Positions 26,259-34,411 are shown, numbered from the stretch's first letter. The stretch is 64,000 nt of DNA from an uncultured virus (IMG/VR IMGVR_UViG_3300005440_000007) (IMGVR_UViG_3300005440_000007), one strand, 5' to 3'. Notes: a model not told the origin generated them from the sequence alone. Translations and numbers: made by a program.

Positions 26259-26648
26259 TCACCTTTTCTGCGCCAACCGGACTTCGAATTTCATCCTGCT
26301 CCACCGTTCGGGAAATCTGGTCTTCGCCAGCTGGACCATCTCCTCGAACGTGAACGTGCCTTCCGCGAAGAAGTTGCTGTTGGAGCCCGGCCGCGTGTCG
26401 ATCGTGCGGTCCCAGAACGAGAGCGCAGTCCAGCCGTCTTTGTGATGCAGGAGAGCTTCTCCGACGACTTCAGGGCAGCTTCTCGAATAGTGATCTCCGG
26501 GGACGCTGCCTGGACAGAGACCTCCATCCGCCTCTTTCCATGGAACATCGGGATGCGGGTAGTCGTGGATTCGACCGCCCTCTTGCGAGTAGAAGTAGTG
26601 CCCAAGATCTCCGAGGGCGCCAAAGTACAGCATTTTCGGATCCGGCAT
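26259..26648 (-). CDS. hypothetical protein
   Basis: YFG..GH..GWTAL.FWDRT.D.RPGSNS. Confidence 0.75.
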   Translation of the reverse strand: MPDPKMLYFGALGDLGHYFYSQEGGRIHDYPHPDVPWKEADGGLCPGSVPGDHYSRSCPEVVGEALLHHKDGWTALSFWDRTIDTRPGSNSNFFAEGTFTFEEMVQLAKTRFPERWSRMKFEVRLAQKR

Positions 26649-26651
26649 TCT

Positions 26652-26831
26652 TCACCTTTTCTGTGCCACGACCGCAGGACCACAATCGAAGCAATGTTGG
26701 CAGATTGGCCTCCCGACCTTCCTGACGCCGTCGCGCTTTCGCATCTCAATCCGGTCTGCCTTCGCTGTCCGTCGGTCCACCCTCAGTAGAGCCCGACAGA
26801 GAATGCATCGCTTCGTGATCGTCTTCGGCAC
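26652..26831 (-). CDS. 59-aa CxxC protein (not in ORF track)
   Basis: CILC..CQHC; bounded by junction repeats. Confidence 0.65.
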   Translation of the reverse strand: MPKTITKRCILCRALLRVDRRTAKADRIEMRKRDGVRKVGRPICQHCFDCGPAVVAQKR

Positions 26832-26834
26832 TCT

Positions 26835-27020
26835 TTACCTCTTTTGTGCCAGCGCCCGCTCCAGGCGCTTGACCGTCATCTTGTCGTCCTGCTTCTTGAG
26901 CAGGTTGATCGCCGCACGCCGAAGCGCCTTATCCTCCTTTGAATCGGGATAGCGCTTGAATGCCTTGACCGCGTGCCAGATCAGCGCGGCCTTTACGAGC
27001 TGTGCTTCAAGTCGCGTCAC
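26835..27020 (-). CDS. small basic helical protein
   Basis: GGAGG SD. Confidence 0.6.
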   Translation of the reverse strand: MTRLEAQLVKAALIWHAVKAFKRYPDSKEDKALRRAAINLLKKQDDKMTVKRLERALAQKR

Positions 27021-27315
27021 GCTTCCTCCGTGGCTTTTCTTTCTTCAGAACAGTCTCGACGGGCCATTCTCCATCGTAGCGGATCTTTCCGACGATATTG
27101 ATCGTGGCATGACCCTGATCGCTCATCGCGGTGAAAACGTCGGTCACCCCGTCGGCGGCTTTCTGGCGCGTGATGGGCGCCTTCTCGCTGCACAACGTTG
27201 CGAAGGAACACAGCTGATCGGCGGTCCTCGCCTGGACGTGATACATCAGCCCTAGACCTCCTCTTTTGAGATCGTGCTTTGAGGCAAGGCTTCGACTTAC
27301 GATCCAGTCCATCAT
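27007..27315 (-). CDS. hypothetical protein
   Basis: ATGA coupling. Confidence 0.6.
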   Translation of the reverse strand: MMDWIVSRSLASKHDLKRGGLGLMYHVQARTADQLCSFATLCSEKAPITRQKAADGVTDVFTAMSDQGHATINIVGKIRYDGEWPVETVLKKEKPRRKRDAT

Positions 27316-27716
27316 TCTTCAGGCCTCTGAATGAGTCCCGCTTCGATAGCTCTCTCTGCCAGCTTCTTGGATTCTCTGGCCCATCGAAGATCGCTTTGGT
27401 CTACACTCTCGGAAAGTTCTTCGAAGCTAATAGCCCTAATACCATCCCCTTCCTTCTCTTCGGGTCGCGGAAAGACTCTCCAGTCCCTTGGTCTACGCTT
27501 CTTATAGAAATACTCAAGGGCTTGAACCAATCCATAAATGGTGACCGGCCCGGCCCATGATTTGTCAAGGAGATGAAAAATCCATTCCACAACTGAGTCT
27601 GGGCCAGATTCCCCTACACGATCCAACTGTATTTCGTATGAAGCCCTGCCATTCTCGTCGAAATAGATCAGCTCGCTGGAAGATGGATGGTACAACCACT
27701 GTCTGTTCAAAATCAT
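27312..27716 (-). CDS. hypothetical protein, AT-rich (likely recent acquisition)
   Basis: YEI.L.R..EWI.HL..K.W motif; visibly lower GC. Confidence 0.7.
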   Translation of the reverse strand: MILNRQWLYHPSSSELIYFDENGRASYEIQLDRVGESGPDSVVEWIFHLLDKSWAGPVTIYGLVQALEYFYKKRRPRDWRVFPRPEEKEGDGIRAISFEELSESVDQSDLRWARESKKLAERAIEAGLIQRPEE

Positions 27717-27720
27717 TACT

Positions 27721-28104
27721 TCACTTCCACCACGTCAAAACGACTCCGCCCGGGACCGACCATCCTGCGGCCTTCATGCCCGTCCCGCCGGCCAAGAAGC
27801 GACGGCCCCAGGTGTACTTCGGATCCCCATCCTCGAGATTGGAGATCTTGGTGACTTCTCCCCAGCCCTTGAAGTGAGCGAGAGCCAGGATCGCTTCTTC
27901 CGGCGTCACGCCCACCGCATAGACGTCCTCCTGGATCGCGAGCATGCGCGCGTGATCGGCGACCTCCTGGAGGTGGCTCTGGATCAATTCCTCCTTGACC
28001 TGGTTCAGGCTCTTGTCGTCCGGAGCGCTCTTGATCTGGAGCAGCTGCTCCCGGACCATGTGGGCGCGGAGATCGAGTTCTTCAACCGGCATCGTTTCCC
28101 TCAA
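27721..28104 (-). CDS. hypothetical protein
   Basis: Start may be ATG 28092. Confidence 0.65.
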   Translation of the reverse strand: MRETMPVEELDLRAHMVREQLLQIKSAPDDKSLNQVKEELIQSHLQEVADHARMLAIQEDVYAVGVTPEEAILALAHFKGWGEVTKISNLEDGDPKYTWGRRFLAGGTGMKAAGWSVPGGVVLTWWK

Positions 28105-28235
28105 TTTTTTGCTTCTGATATTCTGCTGGAAGGGTCCGCGAGAACGCTGAATGTGCCTGGCCGGATCCAGATCCGACCGCCGTCACGAATCTCCCAAAGC
28201 AAGAGTTGCAACCAGAGTATCTGTATCGTTGTCAT
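28101..28235 (-). CDS. 44-aa protein MTTIQILWL...
   Basis: ATGA coupling. Confidence 0.5.
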   Translation of the reverse strand: MTTIQILWLQLLLWEIRDGGRIWIRPGTFSVLADPSSRISEAKN

Positions 28236-28471
28236 GCCTCGCACTCCGAATTGATGGGCTTGTGTTTCTTCTTCCAAGCCCTCATGACCGAATCGAAGCA
28301 GACCCGGAAGCAGGTATCCCATCCAGAGCCATCGGGATTCCGTACCCCTGTCTCGTAGAACTTGCGGGCTTGCTGGACGACACGCTCCGACTCCCAGACC
28401 GCGATCCACGTCAGCGCGTCAAGAAGGGTTGGTTCCTCGCAAGCTTTGGAAACTGCTTCCTTCAACGTCAT
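28232..28471 (-). CDS. hypothetical protein
   Basis: Start revised to MTLKEAV. Confidence 0.6.
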   Translation of the reverse strand: MTLKEAVSKACEEPTLLDALTWIAVWESERVVQQARKFYETGVRNPDGSGWDTCFRVCFDSVMRAWKKKHKPINSECEA

Positions 28472-28476
28472 ATAGC

Positions 28477-28578
28477 TCACCGACGAGGGGGACCGTTCGT
28501 CGCCATCAGGATCAGCGCCACCGCGCAACAGAGCATGATGCCGCCCGCATACAACCACAGTTCTTGTAGAGTCGTCAT
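28477..28578 (-). CDS. 33-aa single-TM peptide MTTLQELWL...
   Basis: Fills the gap; hydrophobic helix. Confidence 0.55.
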   Translation of the reverse strand: MTTLQELWLYAGGIMLCCAVALILMATNGPPRR

Positions 28579-28583
28579 CGCGT

Positions 28584-28808
28584 TCAAAACCCTTCGATGA
28601 ACTTCCTCATGGCGATCGACGTATCAAGGTGGCCAGCGTCCAGCATCTGGGTTCCGAGCCTGATCATGGGGTGGTCTCTAGTCCCGTCATGCTTTCCCAG
28701 GTCCGAGATCACGGACATGAAAGCCTGCCGAAGATCTCCCTGATCAAGAAGGTCGAGAGCCCGCTTCTTCATCCACTCCAGATGCTCCCTGACGGTCGCG
28801 GCTTCCAT
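28584..28808 (-). CDS. conserved small phage protein
   Basis: EHL.W.K.RAL..SDLGKH..T..FIEGF. Confidence 0.75.
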   Translation of the reverse strand: MEAATVREHLEWMKKRALDLLDQGDLRQAFMSVISDLGKHDGTRDHPMIRLGTQMLDAGHLDTSIAMRKFIEGF

Positions 28809-28994
28809 CTATTCATCCCTCTCGCAGGGGCAAGTTCTATCCGGACCACCGCAGGCAGCGCAGCCCTTGGCGCAGGTCTCCAGATCTTTGGCAAGCTTCC
28901 GGATCTCCTTGCTTTCGGAGTGGGACGGAGCGAGAACCTTGAGCCAGTTCACGGCCTTTTCCGCGAGCTCGCGCAGCTTTTCGTTCGACGCCAT
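28809..28994 (-). CDS. small hypothetical protein
   Basis: TAGATG junctions at both ends. Confidence 0.65.
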   Translation of the reverse strand: MASNEKLRELAEKAVNWLKVLAPSHSESKEIRKLAKDLETCAKGCAACGGPDRTCPCERDE

Positions 28995-29693
28995 CTACGC
29001 CCCCTTCTTCTCGCGCCAGCACTCGAGCTCCTGGCCGTTTGCATGCTTGCGCTTGTGAAGACTGTGGCCGTCGGGAGGGAGCTGGCAGATCGCCCTGGAC
29101 CCCGGGTGCGGCGAGTAGCATCCCTTTGGAGTGTCGTCCCAGTTCGTGGGGAGCGGCTCCGACTTGACGCCAAGCATGGCCCATTCCGCGAACTTCCACG
29201 ACTCCCGCGGCGTGCTGTAGGCGATCCTGGAAATGTGATGGGGGAAGCCGTCCTGCGTGAATCCGACGCAGACAGGATTGAAGGGCGCGAGCAGGTGTGC
29301 CACCTTGAGGAAGCGGTCCTTGAATCTCGGGAAGGATCCCCACGCCAGGACGACTATCTTCGCCTTCCCGGCAAGCTCGACGATCCGCTTGTCGTTCAGC
29401 GCGATCTCGTCCTCGGTACAGTCCTTGAGTTTCTTGGGGTAGGGCGTGATATAGGGATAGGCGTTCGCGTGGATCGTGCCGCCGAGCTCCCACGCCTTGG
29501 CGAACCCCATGCCCTTCACCACGGTCATGTCATCGACGTCGGCGCCGGCGCGGCTGGGGTTGAGCCCTACAAACAAGGCCTTCCCCAGGCTCTCCTTGCC
29601 GATAAAGTCGCGCCCGAGCGCAAAGCGACAGCGCGCCTTAGGCGTCTCCTTGCTGAACTCGGCCCAACCCGTGACTCCCGGTTTCATCGGCAT
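28995..29693 (-). CDS. DUF1643 family protein
   Basis: FVGLNPSRA..DD.T..AN..P.ITP.P..VLAWG..G.P.H. Confidence 0.85.
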   Translation of the reverse strand: MPMKPGVTGWAEFSKETPKARCRFALGRDFIGKESLGKALFVGLNPSRAGADVDDMTVVKGMGFAKAWELGGTIHANAYPYITPYPKKLKDCTEDEIALNDKRIVELAGKAKIVVLAWGSFPRFKDRFLKVAHLLAPFNPVCVGFTQDGFPHHISRIAYSTPRESWKFAEWAMLGVKSEPLPTNWDDTPKGCYSPHPGSRAICQLPPDGHSLHKRKHANGQELECWREKKGA

Positions 29694-29694
29694 A

Positions 29695-29979
29695 TCACTT
29701 CCTCGGCTTGAGCTTGACCGCGCAGATCGCGCCGTCGACAAATTTATGGACGGGATCGACATGGTGATGTTCGCCACCCGGCTCGACCAGGTGAATGTCG
29801 ATCTGATTTCCTTCTTCGATCGCCGTGGGAGGCACGCCTTCGATGCGGAGAAGGCATTCACGGTTCCTGACGACCTCTCCGGCGGGGCGTTCCCCGAAGA
29901 AGTAGACCACCCCCCGGGTGCGATCGTACTCGAGGTACCCATGGACCCTGATCTTCTTCTCGATTGCTTTCTCCGCCAT
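29695..29979 (-). CDS. hypothetical protein
   Basis: AAGGAG SD; start revised. Confidence 0.7.
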   Translation of the reverse strand: MAEKAIEKKIRVHGYLEYDRTRGVVYFFGERPAGEVVRNRECLLRIEGVPPTAIEEGNQIDIHLVEPGGEHHHVDPVHKFVDGAICAVKLKPRK

Positions 29980-30000
29980 AAGGACTCCTTTCTCTCTTCG

Positions 30001-30157
30001 GTGCCGTCTACGCTGACCTGCCCGGTGATTCTCCGGGTCCTCCCAAATCCCCCGAACAACTATGGGCCTTCCCGGCCGGAAAAGGTTCCACAAGCTCGGC
30101 AAGAACTTCTTGGGTGCTTTGTTTCTTCACTCAGCTACAGGTCAGCGTAGAGGACAC
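30001..30157 (-). ncRNA. candidate 157-nt structured ncRNA (rod with central bubble, 6S-like architecture)
   Basis: 14-bp perfect IR 30007-30020/30138-30151 extendable by G-U pairs; long internal hairpin; intergenic. Confidence 0.6.
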
Positions 30158-30165
30158 CTCTTCTT

Positions 30166-30663
30166 CTATTTCGGCTGAAATCCAGGCGCCGCGTGCTCGG
30201 GCTGCCCGAAATACTTGTCCCCGTAGCCCTGCAGGATGAGAAGGCCCATGATGTCCGGGGCCTTGTGGTCGGGCGGCTTCATCCACTTCCCATCCGATTC
30301 CCGCCTGTAGGATCCGGGTCCAAACTTCGCGAGGTTGTTCGCGTCGACGGCCTCGAGGACCGGCCTGTCCTTCACTCCGAGCGCGGAGAGCGTCCCGGTC
30401 GTGACGACGCTTATATCCCCGCAGCCGTCGACGATCTTGACCAGATCCGGCTCCCGGACCTGGGGGCCGACCTCGATCGCACCGTCGAAGGGCTTCAAGA
30501 CGACCTGGAACCCCATGGCCTCGATCGTCTCGAGCGCTTCCTCAAGGATCAGATTCGCACGAAGCCTCAAGATTTCGTTCGGACACATGATGGGCCGGGC
30601 CGGAACGACCTGGCCGGCCTTCTTCATGAACTCCTCGACGCGCTCCTGGTGCTCGGTCTTCAT
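30166..30663 (-). CDS. MazG-like / PRA-PH family NTP pyrophosphohydrolase
   Basis: LRANLILEEALE..DG.GD..VV..G..VD.NNLAK..DGK..KP. Confidence 0.85.
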   Translation of the reverse strand: MKTEHQERVEEFMKKAGQVVPARPIMCPNEILRLRANLILEEALETIEAMGFQVVLKPFDGAIEVGPQVREPDLVKIVDGCGDISVVTTGTLSALGVKDRPVLEAVDANNLAKFGPGSYRRESDGKWMKPPDHKAPDIMGLLILQGYGDKYFGQPEHAAPGFQPK

Positions 30664-30854
30664 TTCCGCATCTCCTTGGGCACCTCGTGGACCTTCTTGC
30701 ACTTCGGGCAGCTGACCCTCGAGAAGTTTGGCGTTGGCCCGGTGTAGACGATTGCGCCGCAAGTACACGAAAGCCTGACGACGTTCGACATCGCCTGGCT
30801 CCTGTGCCACTGCGGGAACATGTTCCGTTGGCTCCTGACCTCTCCTCGATTCAT
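30660..30854 (-). CDS. small Zn-ribbon protein
   Basis: GAGG SD; CTC..CPKC. Confidence 0.65.
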   Translation of the reverse strand: MNRGEVRSQRNMFPQWHRSQAMSNVVRLSCTCGAIVYTGPTPNFSRVSCPKCKKVHEVPKEMRK

Positions 30855-30862
30855 CGTTACCT

Positions 30863-31297
30863 CTACGAGCACTGGCAGCAGGGACCAAACTCTCCCGTAC
30901 AGTGACACCTGCCGAGCGAATCGTGATGGTTGCACTGCAGGACCGCGCCGCAGGATGGGCATGCAGCCATGACTTCCAGGCGCTTCCCCATCTTGTGCTG
31001 GATCCTGGAGAGGATCGCCTTCTCGAGGTCGATCTTCGCGCCGGGAAAGACGTTCGCCGCTCGGACGACCGAGATGATGATGTCGGCCAGGTACTTTCCG
31101 ACATCGAACGAGTCTGCGGAGAGCTCCCCGGAGTGGTCGGCCTCCTCAGTCATGTTCTCGATCGCCTGGGTGGCCTTCCGAATGTGTTTTAGCGCGTGGT
31201 CCAGATCCTTTTGGGGGCAGTACCTCTTCCTGAACTCCTCGCTGTAGCCCTCGCTCGTCCACAGCTTCTTGAGCTCCTCCTGCAGGTAGTTCAGCAC
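30863..31297 (-). CDS. MazG-like protein with Cys-rich tail
   Basis: HAL.H..EE.DH..LADIII..IDLE.AI. Confidence 0.65.
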   Translation of the reverse strand: MLNYLQEELKKLWTSEGYSEEFRKRYCPQKDLDHALKHIRKATQAIENMTEEADHSGELSADSFDVGKYLADIIISVVRAANVFPGAKIDLEKAILSRIQHKMGKRLEVMAACPSCGAVLQCNHHDSLGRCHCTGEFGPCCQCS

Positions 31298-31764
31298 GCT
31301 TCACCTCCGTACAGGATGAGGGTGAATTTGTCCGACGAAAGATGCCGGTCGAGGATCGGCCGCACGTCTGCCATGTCGAGGCCCCCGTTCCCACAGCCGA
31401 CCATGCTGACCGCTACCGGCCGATCGGTCTTGAGCTCCGCGAGCTGCTTGGCGCTCCGCTCGATCAGCTTGAGGTCGGCCTTGTTCTTCCAGGACATCCA
31501 CGGCGCGACGGGATTGAGAGGCTTGACGGGGAAGGCGATGAGCGGGCCGTTCGGATAGGGGAGCACCGGCGTATTCTCACGGCGCACGGCGCATTCGGTG
31601 CCGAACCAAAACGCAAATCCGGTGTACTTGTTGGCGGCCTGGAGGGCTAGGCCCCTCCCCATCACGTTGCACCGGTCCTTCTCCTTCCATCCGATGTTCG
31701 TGGGGATCACGAGATCGTGAGTCTTCTCGTAGGCCCAGATGCTCCCTCTTTCGGTCTTGATCAA
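31291..31764 (-). CDS. macro domain (ADP-ribose binding/hydrolase, DarG/Poa1-like)
   Basis: VIPTN..VMGRGLALQ..IAFPVK..IERS..VGCGNGGL. Confidence 0.85.
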   Translation of the reverse strand: MIKTERGSIWAYEKTHDLVIPTNIGWKEKDRCNVMGRGLALQAANKYTGFAFWFGTECAVRRENTPVLPYPNGPLIAFPVKPLNPVAPWMSWKNKADLKLIERSAKQLAELKTDRPVAVSMVGCGNGGLDMADVRPILDRHLSSDKFTLILYGGEAC

Positions 31765-32063
31765 CGGGATTCTCCTGTTTTTCCAAGAGACTCACCATCG
31801 GAGAGGCGCCCACCAAACGTTCGGCGCTCCTCCGAACGATCACCGCGACAGTCTGGGCACGTCTTATGCCTTCCAGTACTCAGAAACTTCGCCTTACATC
31901 TGGAGCAAGTAGCGTCCTTTCCTGCCGGAAGAATTCCAGTTCTACACTTTGAGTGAAGTCCCGTCTTTGAATCGGCAGGCTCCCCGCACACATGGCACCG
32001 ATCTGGAGGAGTCTTACGCTCACCCAACGATTTTCCGTAAGCCTCCCAGTACGGGTCAGGCAT
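31761..32063 (-). CDS. Cys-rich hypothetical protein
   Basis: CHVC, CSRC, CPDC. Confidence 0.6.
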   Translation of the reverse strand: MPDPYWEAYGKSLGERKTPPDRCHVCGEPADSKTGLHSKCRTGILPAGKDATCSRCKAKFLSTGRHKTCPDCRGDRSEERRTFGGRLSDGESLGKTGESR

Positions 32064-32445
32064 AGCCCACCCGCTTCTTGAGATTCCGACGGACCCACTC
32101 TCCACCATCGATATGCCAGGTCGCACGAAGTTCCAGAATCTCCGGCTTGAAGATCGCGATCTCCTTCTCGTCTTGGAGAACCCCGTGGCACACCGCCGGC
32201 GCCCATTTCCTACCCTTCCCAAGGAGCGACGAGAACTCGTATTCGATCACGATGCCCATCTCGCTCTCGTCGCCCCTAAGGATGGAAGGCGGGCTTTTGC
32301 GGAGCGCAAAAAGCGCTGCGATTTCGAAGTCGGTCGTCGTACAGAACGCCCGCTTTCCGTTCAGATGGTTCTGAGGGTAGGTTCGAGGGAGAGAGGAAAG
32401 AAGCCCCTCGAGATTCCACCGGGCTGTCCCGTGGTAGACGATCAC
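32056..32445 (-). CDS. ADP-ribosyltransferase-fold protein
   Basis: VYHGT..FCTTTDFEIAALFA..QDEKEI. Confidence 0.7.
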   Translation of the reverse strand: MIVYHGTARWNLEGLLSSLPRTYPQNHLNGKRAFCTTTDFEIAALFALRKSPPSILRGDESEMGIVIEYEFSSLLGKGRKWAPAVCHGVLQDEKEIAIFKPEILELRATWHIDGGEWVRRNLKKRVGYA

Positions 32446-32930
32446 GACTTCCGTCTCCTTCCGCCGTCGCGCCGCTCATGGCCGCGACGTTCCCTGGAAA
32501 TCATGGAGCCCAGGACAAATTCCGGACCCCCGTCCTTCCGGCGCTCTTTTTTTCTCCTGACGGGAGTGCGTCGATCGGGAACGTTCTTCCGAAGTTTCCG
32601 CTTGCTGATGAGATTGAACTTGCACAAGATGCAGTCGCTCAACCGATATGGGTGCTGGACATGCTTGTCGAACATCTCCACGAACGACGCCGCCGCTTCG
32701 ATGCCCATTCGGTAGGAGTCGGGATCGTAACCACGCCTGTTCCACTTGGCGATCGCCTGGGGATTGAACTTGTCCTCGTTGGTGCCGATGAATTCCTTGT
32801 CCAGGGCGGCAGGCCCCATGCACCCGCAATGATCGCATTCCATGGCCGGTCCGCGATCCGTCGAGCAGAACCTCTTCCCGCTCGGGACTCTTCCACAGAA
32901 CGGGCACTCGCGAATCTTTTCCTTCTTCAT
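32442..32930 (-). CDS. Lar-like (restriction alleviation) Zn-ribbon protein
   Basis: ECPFCG..ECDHCG..GP..AIAKWNRR. Confidence 0.75.
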   Translation of the reverse strand: MKKEKIRECPFCGRVPSGKRFCSTDRGPAMECDHCGCMGPAALDKEFIGTNEDKFNPQAIAKWNRRGYDPDSYRMGIEAAASFVEMFDKHVQHPYRLSDCILCKFNLISKRKLRKNVPDRRTPVRRKKERRKDGGPEFVLGSMISRERRGHERRDGGRRRKS

Positions 32931-32937
32931 CCGCACT

Positions 32938-33085
32938 CCGCGCAGCGCATCGAGAGACAACCCGCCGGGTCACCGTTCATCCCCCAAGGAATTCCCGACT
33001 CTCCCCGCGCCATCCGGCACGTTTGAGGGGGACGGATTAGGGCCCTTTTACGGGCGCACGGGGGCCCTCTCGACGCGCTGCGCGA
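32938..33085 (-). ncRNA. candidate 148-nt structured element closed by a ~19-27 bp stem
   Basis: TCGCGCAGCGCGTCGAGAG (33085-33067) pairs with CTCTCGATGCGCTGCGCGG (32956-32938), G-U only deviations. Confidence 0.55.
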
Positions 33086-33579
33086 CTCCTTTTCTTCTTC
33101 GGGCTGTTCCCACTCGACCAGGTCAAATACTCCCGGAAAATGGCGTCCATGGCCTTCGGATTCTTCTCGTATCCGCCGGTCTTCTTGGCGGCATCCCAAA
33201 AGCACTGGAGGATCTTGAGGGTGGTGGGATGCTTGGCAGCGAGGGGACGCTGAGGATCCGCGACCGCCGTCAGGCCGACCACGAGTGCGTCGTAGCTGGG
33301 GAATGCGGCTTCCCATTGACGAACCGCCTCGTGCTCGACATCCTCCCGAGTCTTGAATCGGTTTGTCTCGTCGCCGATCTTCAAGGCCGAGATCTCGGTC
33401 GTGTCATCCTTCTGATTGAGATAGTCGACTTCTTTCTGGTCGGTGAGCTTGCGCTTGAGCTCGAGGGACTTCCTCTCGCTTTCGTCGATGCAGTGGATCT
33501 TGCCGTACCAGTGCTCGGCGTTGAAGCTCCCGAACGAGGTGTAGGAAGAAACGGTCAGGACGGCAAGCTTGACCTTCAC
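33037..33579 (-). CDS. hypothetical protein
   Basis: GTGA coupling; 3' end runs into the structured element. Confidence 0.7.
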   Translation of the reverse strand: MKVKLAVLTVSSYTSFGSFNAEHWYGKIHCIDESERKSLELKRKLTDQKEVDYLNQKDDTTEISALKIGDETNRFKTREDVEHEAVRQWEAAFPSYDALVVGLTAVADPQRPLAAKHPTTLKILQCFWDAAKKTGGYEKNPKAMDAIFREYLTWSSGNSPKKKRSRAARREGPRAPVKGP

Positions 33580-33797
33580 TCGCCCCTCGCAGACCTCATC
33601 TGGAGTTCCTTCTCGAGGACGTCTTTGACGACAATGAGGTGCATGGTGAAGACGTCATGAGGCCCCTTCACGATCCGCTCCTTGACCGCCTGAAGAGCGG
33701 CTTCGATATCCTCCCTCGAGCGGGGAGTCCCGGACTTATCGACGAATTCCATGTCTTTTCCTTCAGGATTGATGGGGTCGTGACGTCCGGTGCTCAC
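33576..33797 (-). CDS. hypothetical protein, likely leaderless
   Basis: GTG 7 nt after -10. Confidence 0.65.
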   Translation of the reverse strand: MSTGRHDPINPEGKDMEFVDKSGTPRSREDIEAALQAVKERIVKGPHDVFTMHLIVVKDVLEKELQMRSARGE

Positions 33798-33804
33798 GAA
33801 CGTG

Positions 33805-33832
33805 AATATACGCCGTATACGTGGAGAGTCAA
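33805..33832 (-). promoter_or_regulatory. sigma70 promoter with CGTATACG operator core in spacer
   Basis: TTGACT-CTCCACGTATACGGCG-TATATT. Confidence 0.85.
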
Positions 33833-33858
33833 GAAGATTCTGAATCTTTTCGGGGACG

Positions 33859-33885
33859 GAGGCTTAGGGGAAGGTTCTAAGCCTC
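33859..33885 (-). terminator. 9-bp hairpin at the end of gene 33884-34411 (no U-tract)
   Basis: GAGGCTTAG-N9-CTAAGCCTC. Confidence 0.4.
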
Positions 33886-34411
33886 AACATTCGAGGATTC
33901 CATACCCCTCAAGGAACTCGTCCAGGTCTTCCCTGAGAATGATCTTCCGAAGCACGACCGCGCGCTCCTCGAATGCCGCTAGAAGCTTTTTCGTGGCCAT
34001 CAGAAGTTCGTCTTTTCCGGTGAAATCGCTATGGCCTTCTCCCGTCTCCTTGTATTTCGCGGTCTGATCCTCGTAGTACTTCAAAAAGAAATCTTCTGGG
34101 CTTTCCTTGATGACGCCTGTTTCGATGGCCGCCATCCCGGCGAAGAAGTCTCCCATGATTCGCTCTACCCACGGCTGGACGCGTTCGTAGGCTTTGCGGA
34201 TGTCTCGGCTGGTGATCTTGTCGGAATTGCGAACGACCATCGCCTTGGCCGGACCGCCAACGTAAGGATGGTCGTGCGCGGTGATCATGCGGCCATGAAG
34301 AGGATCGACCAGGATCAACTGATATTCTGGGAGGCCGATCAACCTCCAGTAGGAAGTTCGACCGCAACGATCCCAAAGCCCGAAGTGCTTTCGAAGGTCG
34401 ATGAGCGGCAT
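33884..34411 (-). CDS. hypothetical protein
   Basis: TAGAAT then AAGGA SD. Confidence 0.7.
   Translation of the reverse strand: MPLIDLRKHFGLWDRCGRTSYWRLIGLPEYQLILVDPLHGRMITAHDHPYVGGPAKAMVVRNSDKITSRDIRKAYERVQPWVERIMGDFFAGMAAIETGVIKESPEDFFLKYYEDQTAKYKETGEGHSDFTGKDELLMATKKLLAAFEERAVVLRKIILREDLDEFLEGYGILEC

Larger units (their letters stand above)
26251..26852 (-). repeat. three copies of a ~25-bp gene-junction repeat TGGCRCARAARAGGTRAAGARTGCC
   Basis: Copies at 26251-26276, 26644-26669 and 26827-26852; each spans AQKR-stop, SD and next start. Confidence 0.85.

Noticed and set aside
25117..27315. Three genes starting MMD (ATGATGGAC)
   Set aside because: Largely explained by ATGA stop/start coupling; too short to support more.
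30001..30157. Retron msr-msd interpretation (terminal IRs followed by AGC)
   Set aside because: No reverse transcriptase in the window, no msr hairpins, and the G-U-rich stem would be mismatched as cDNA.
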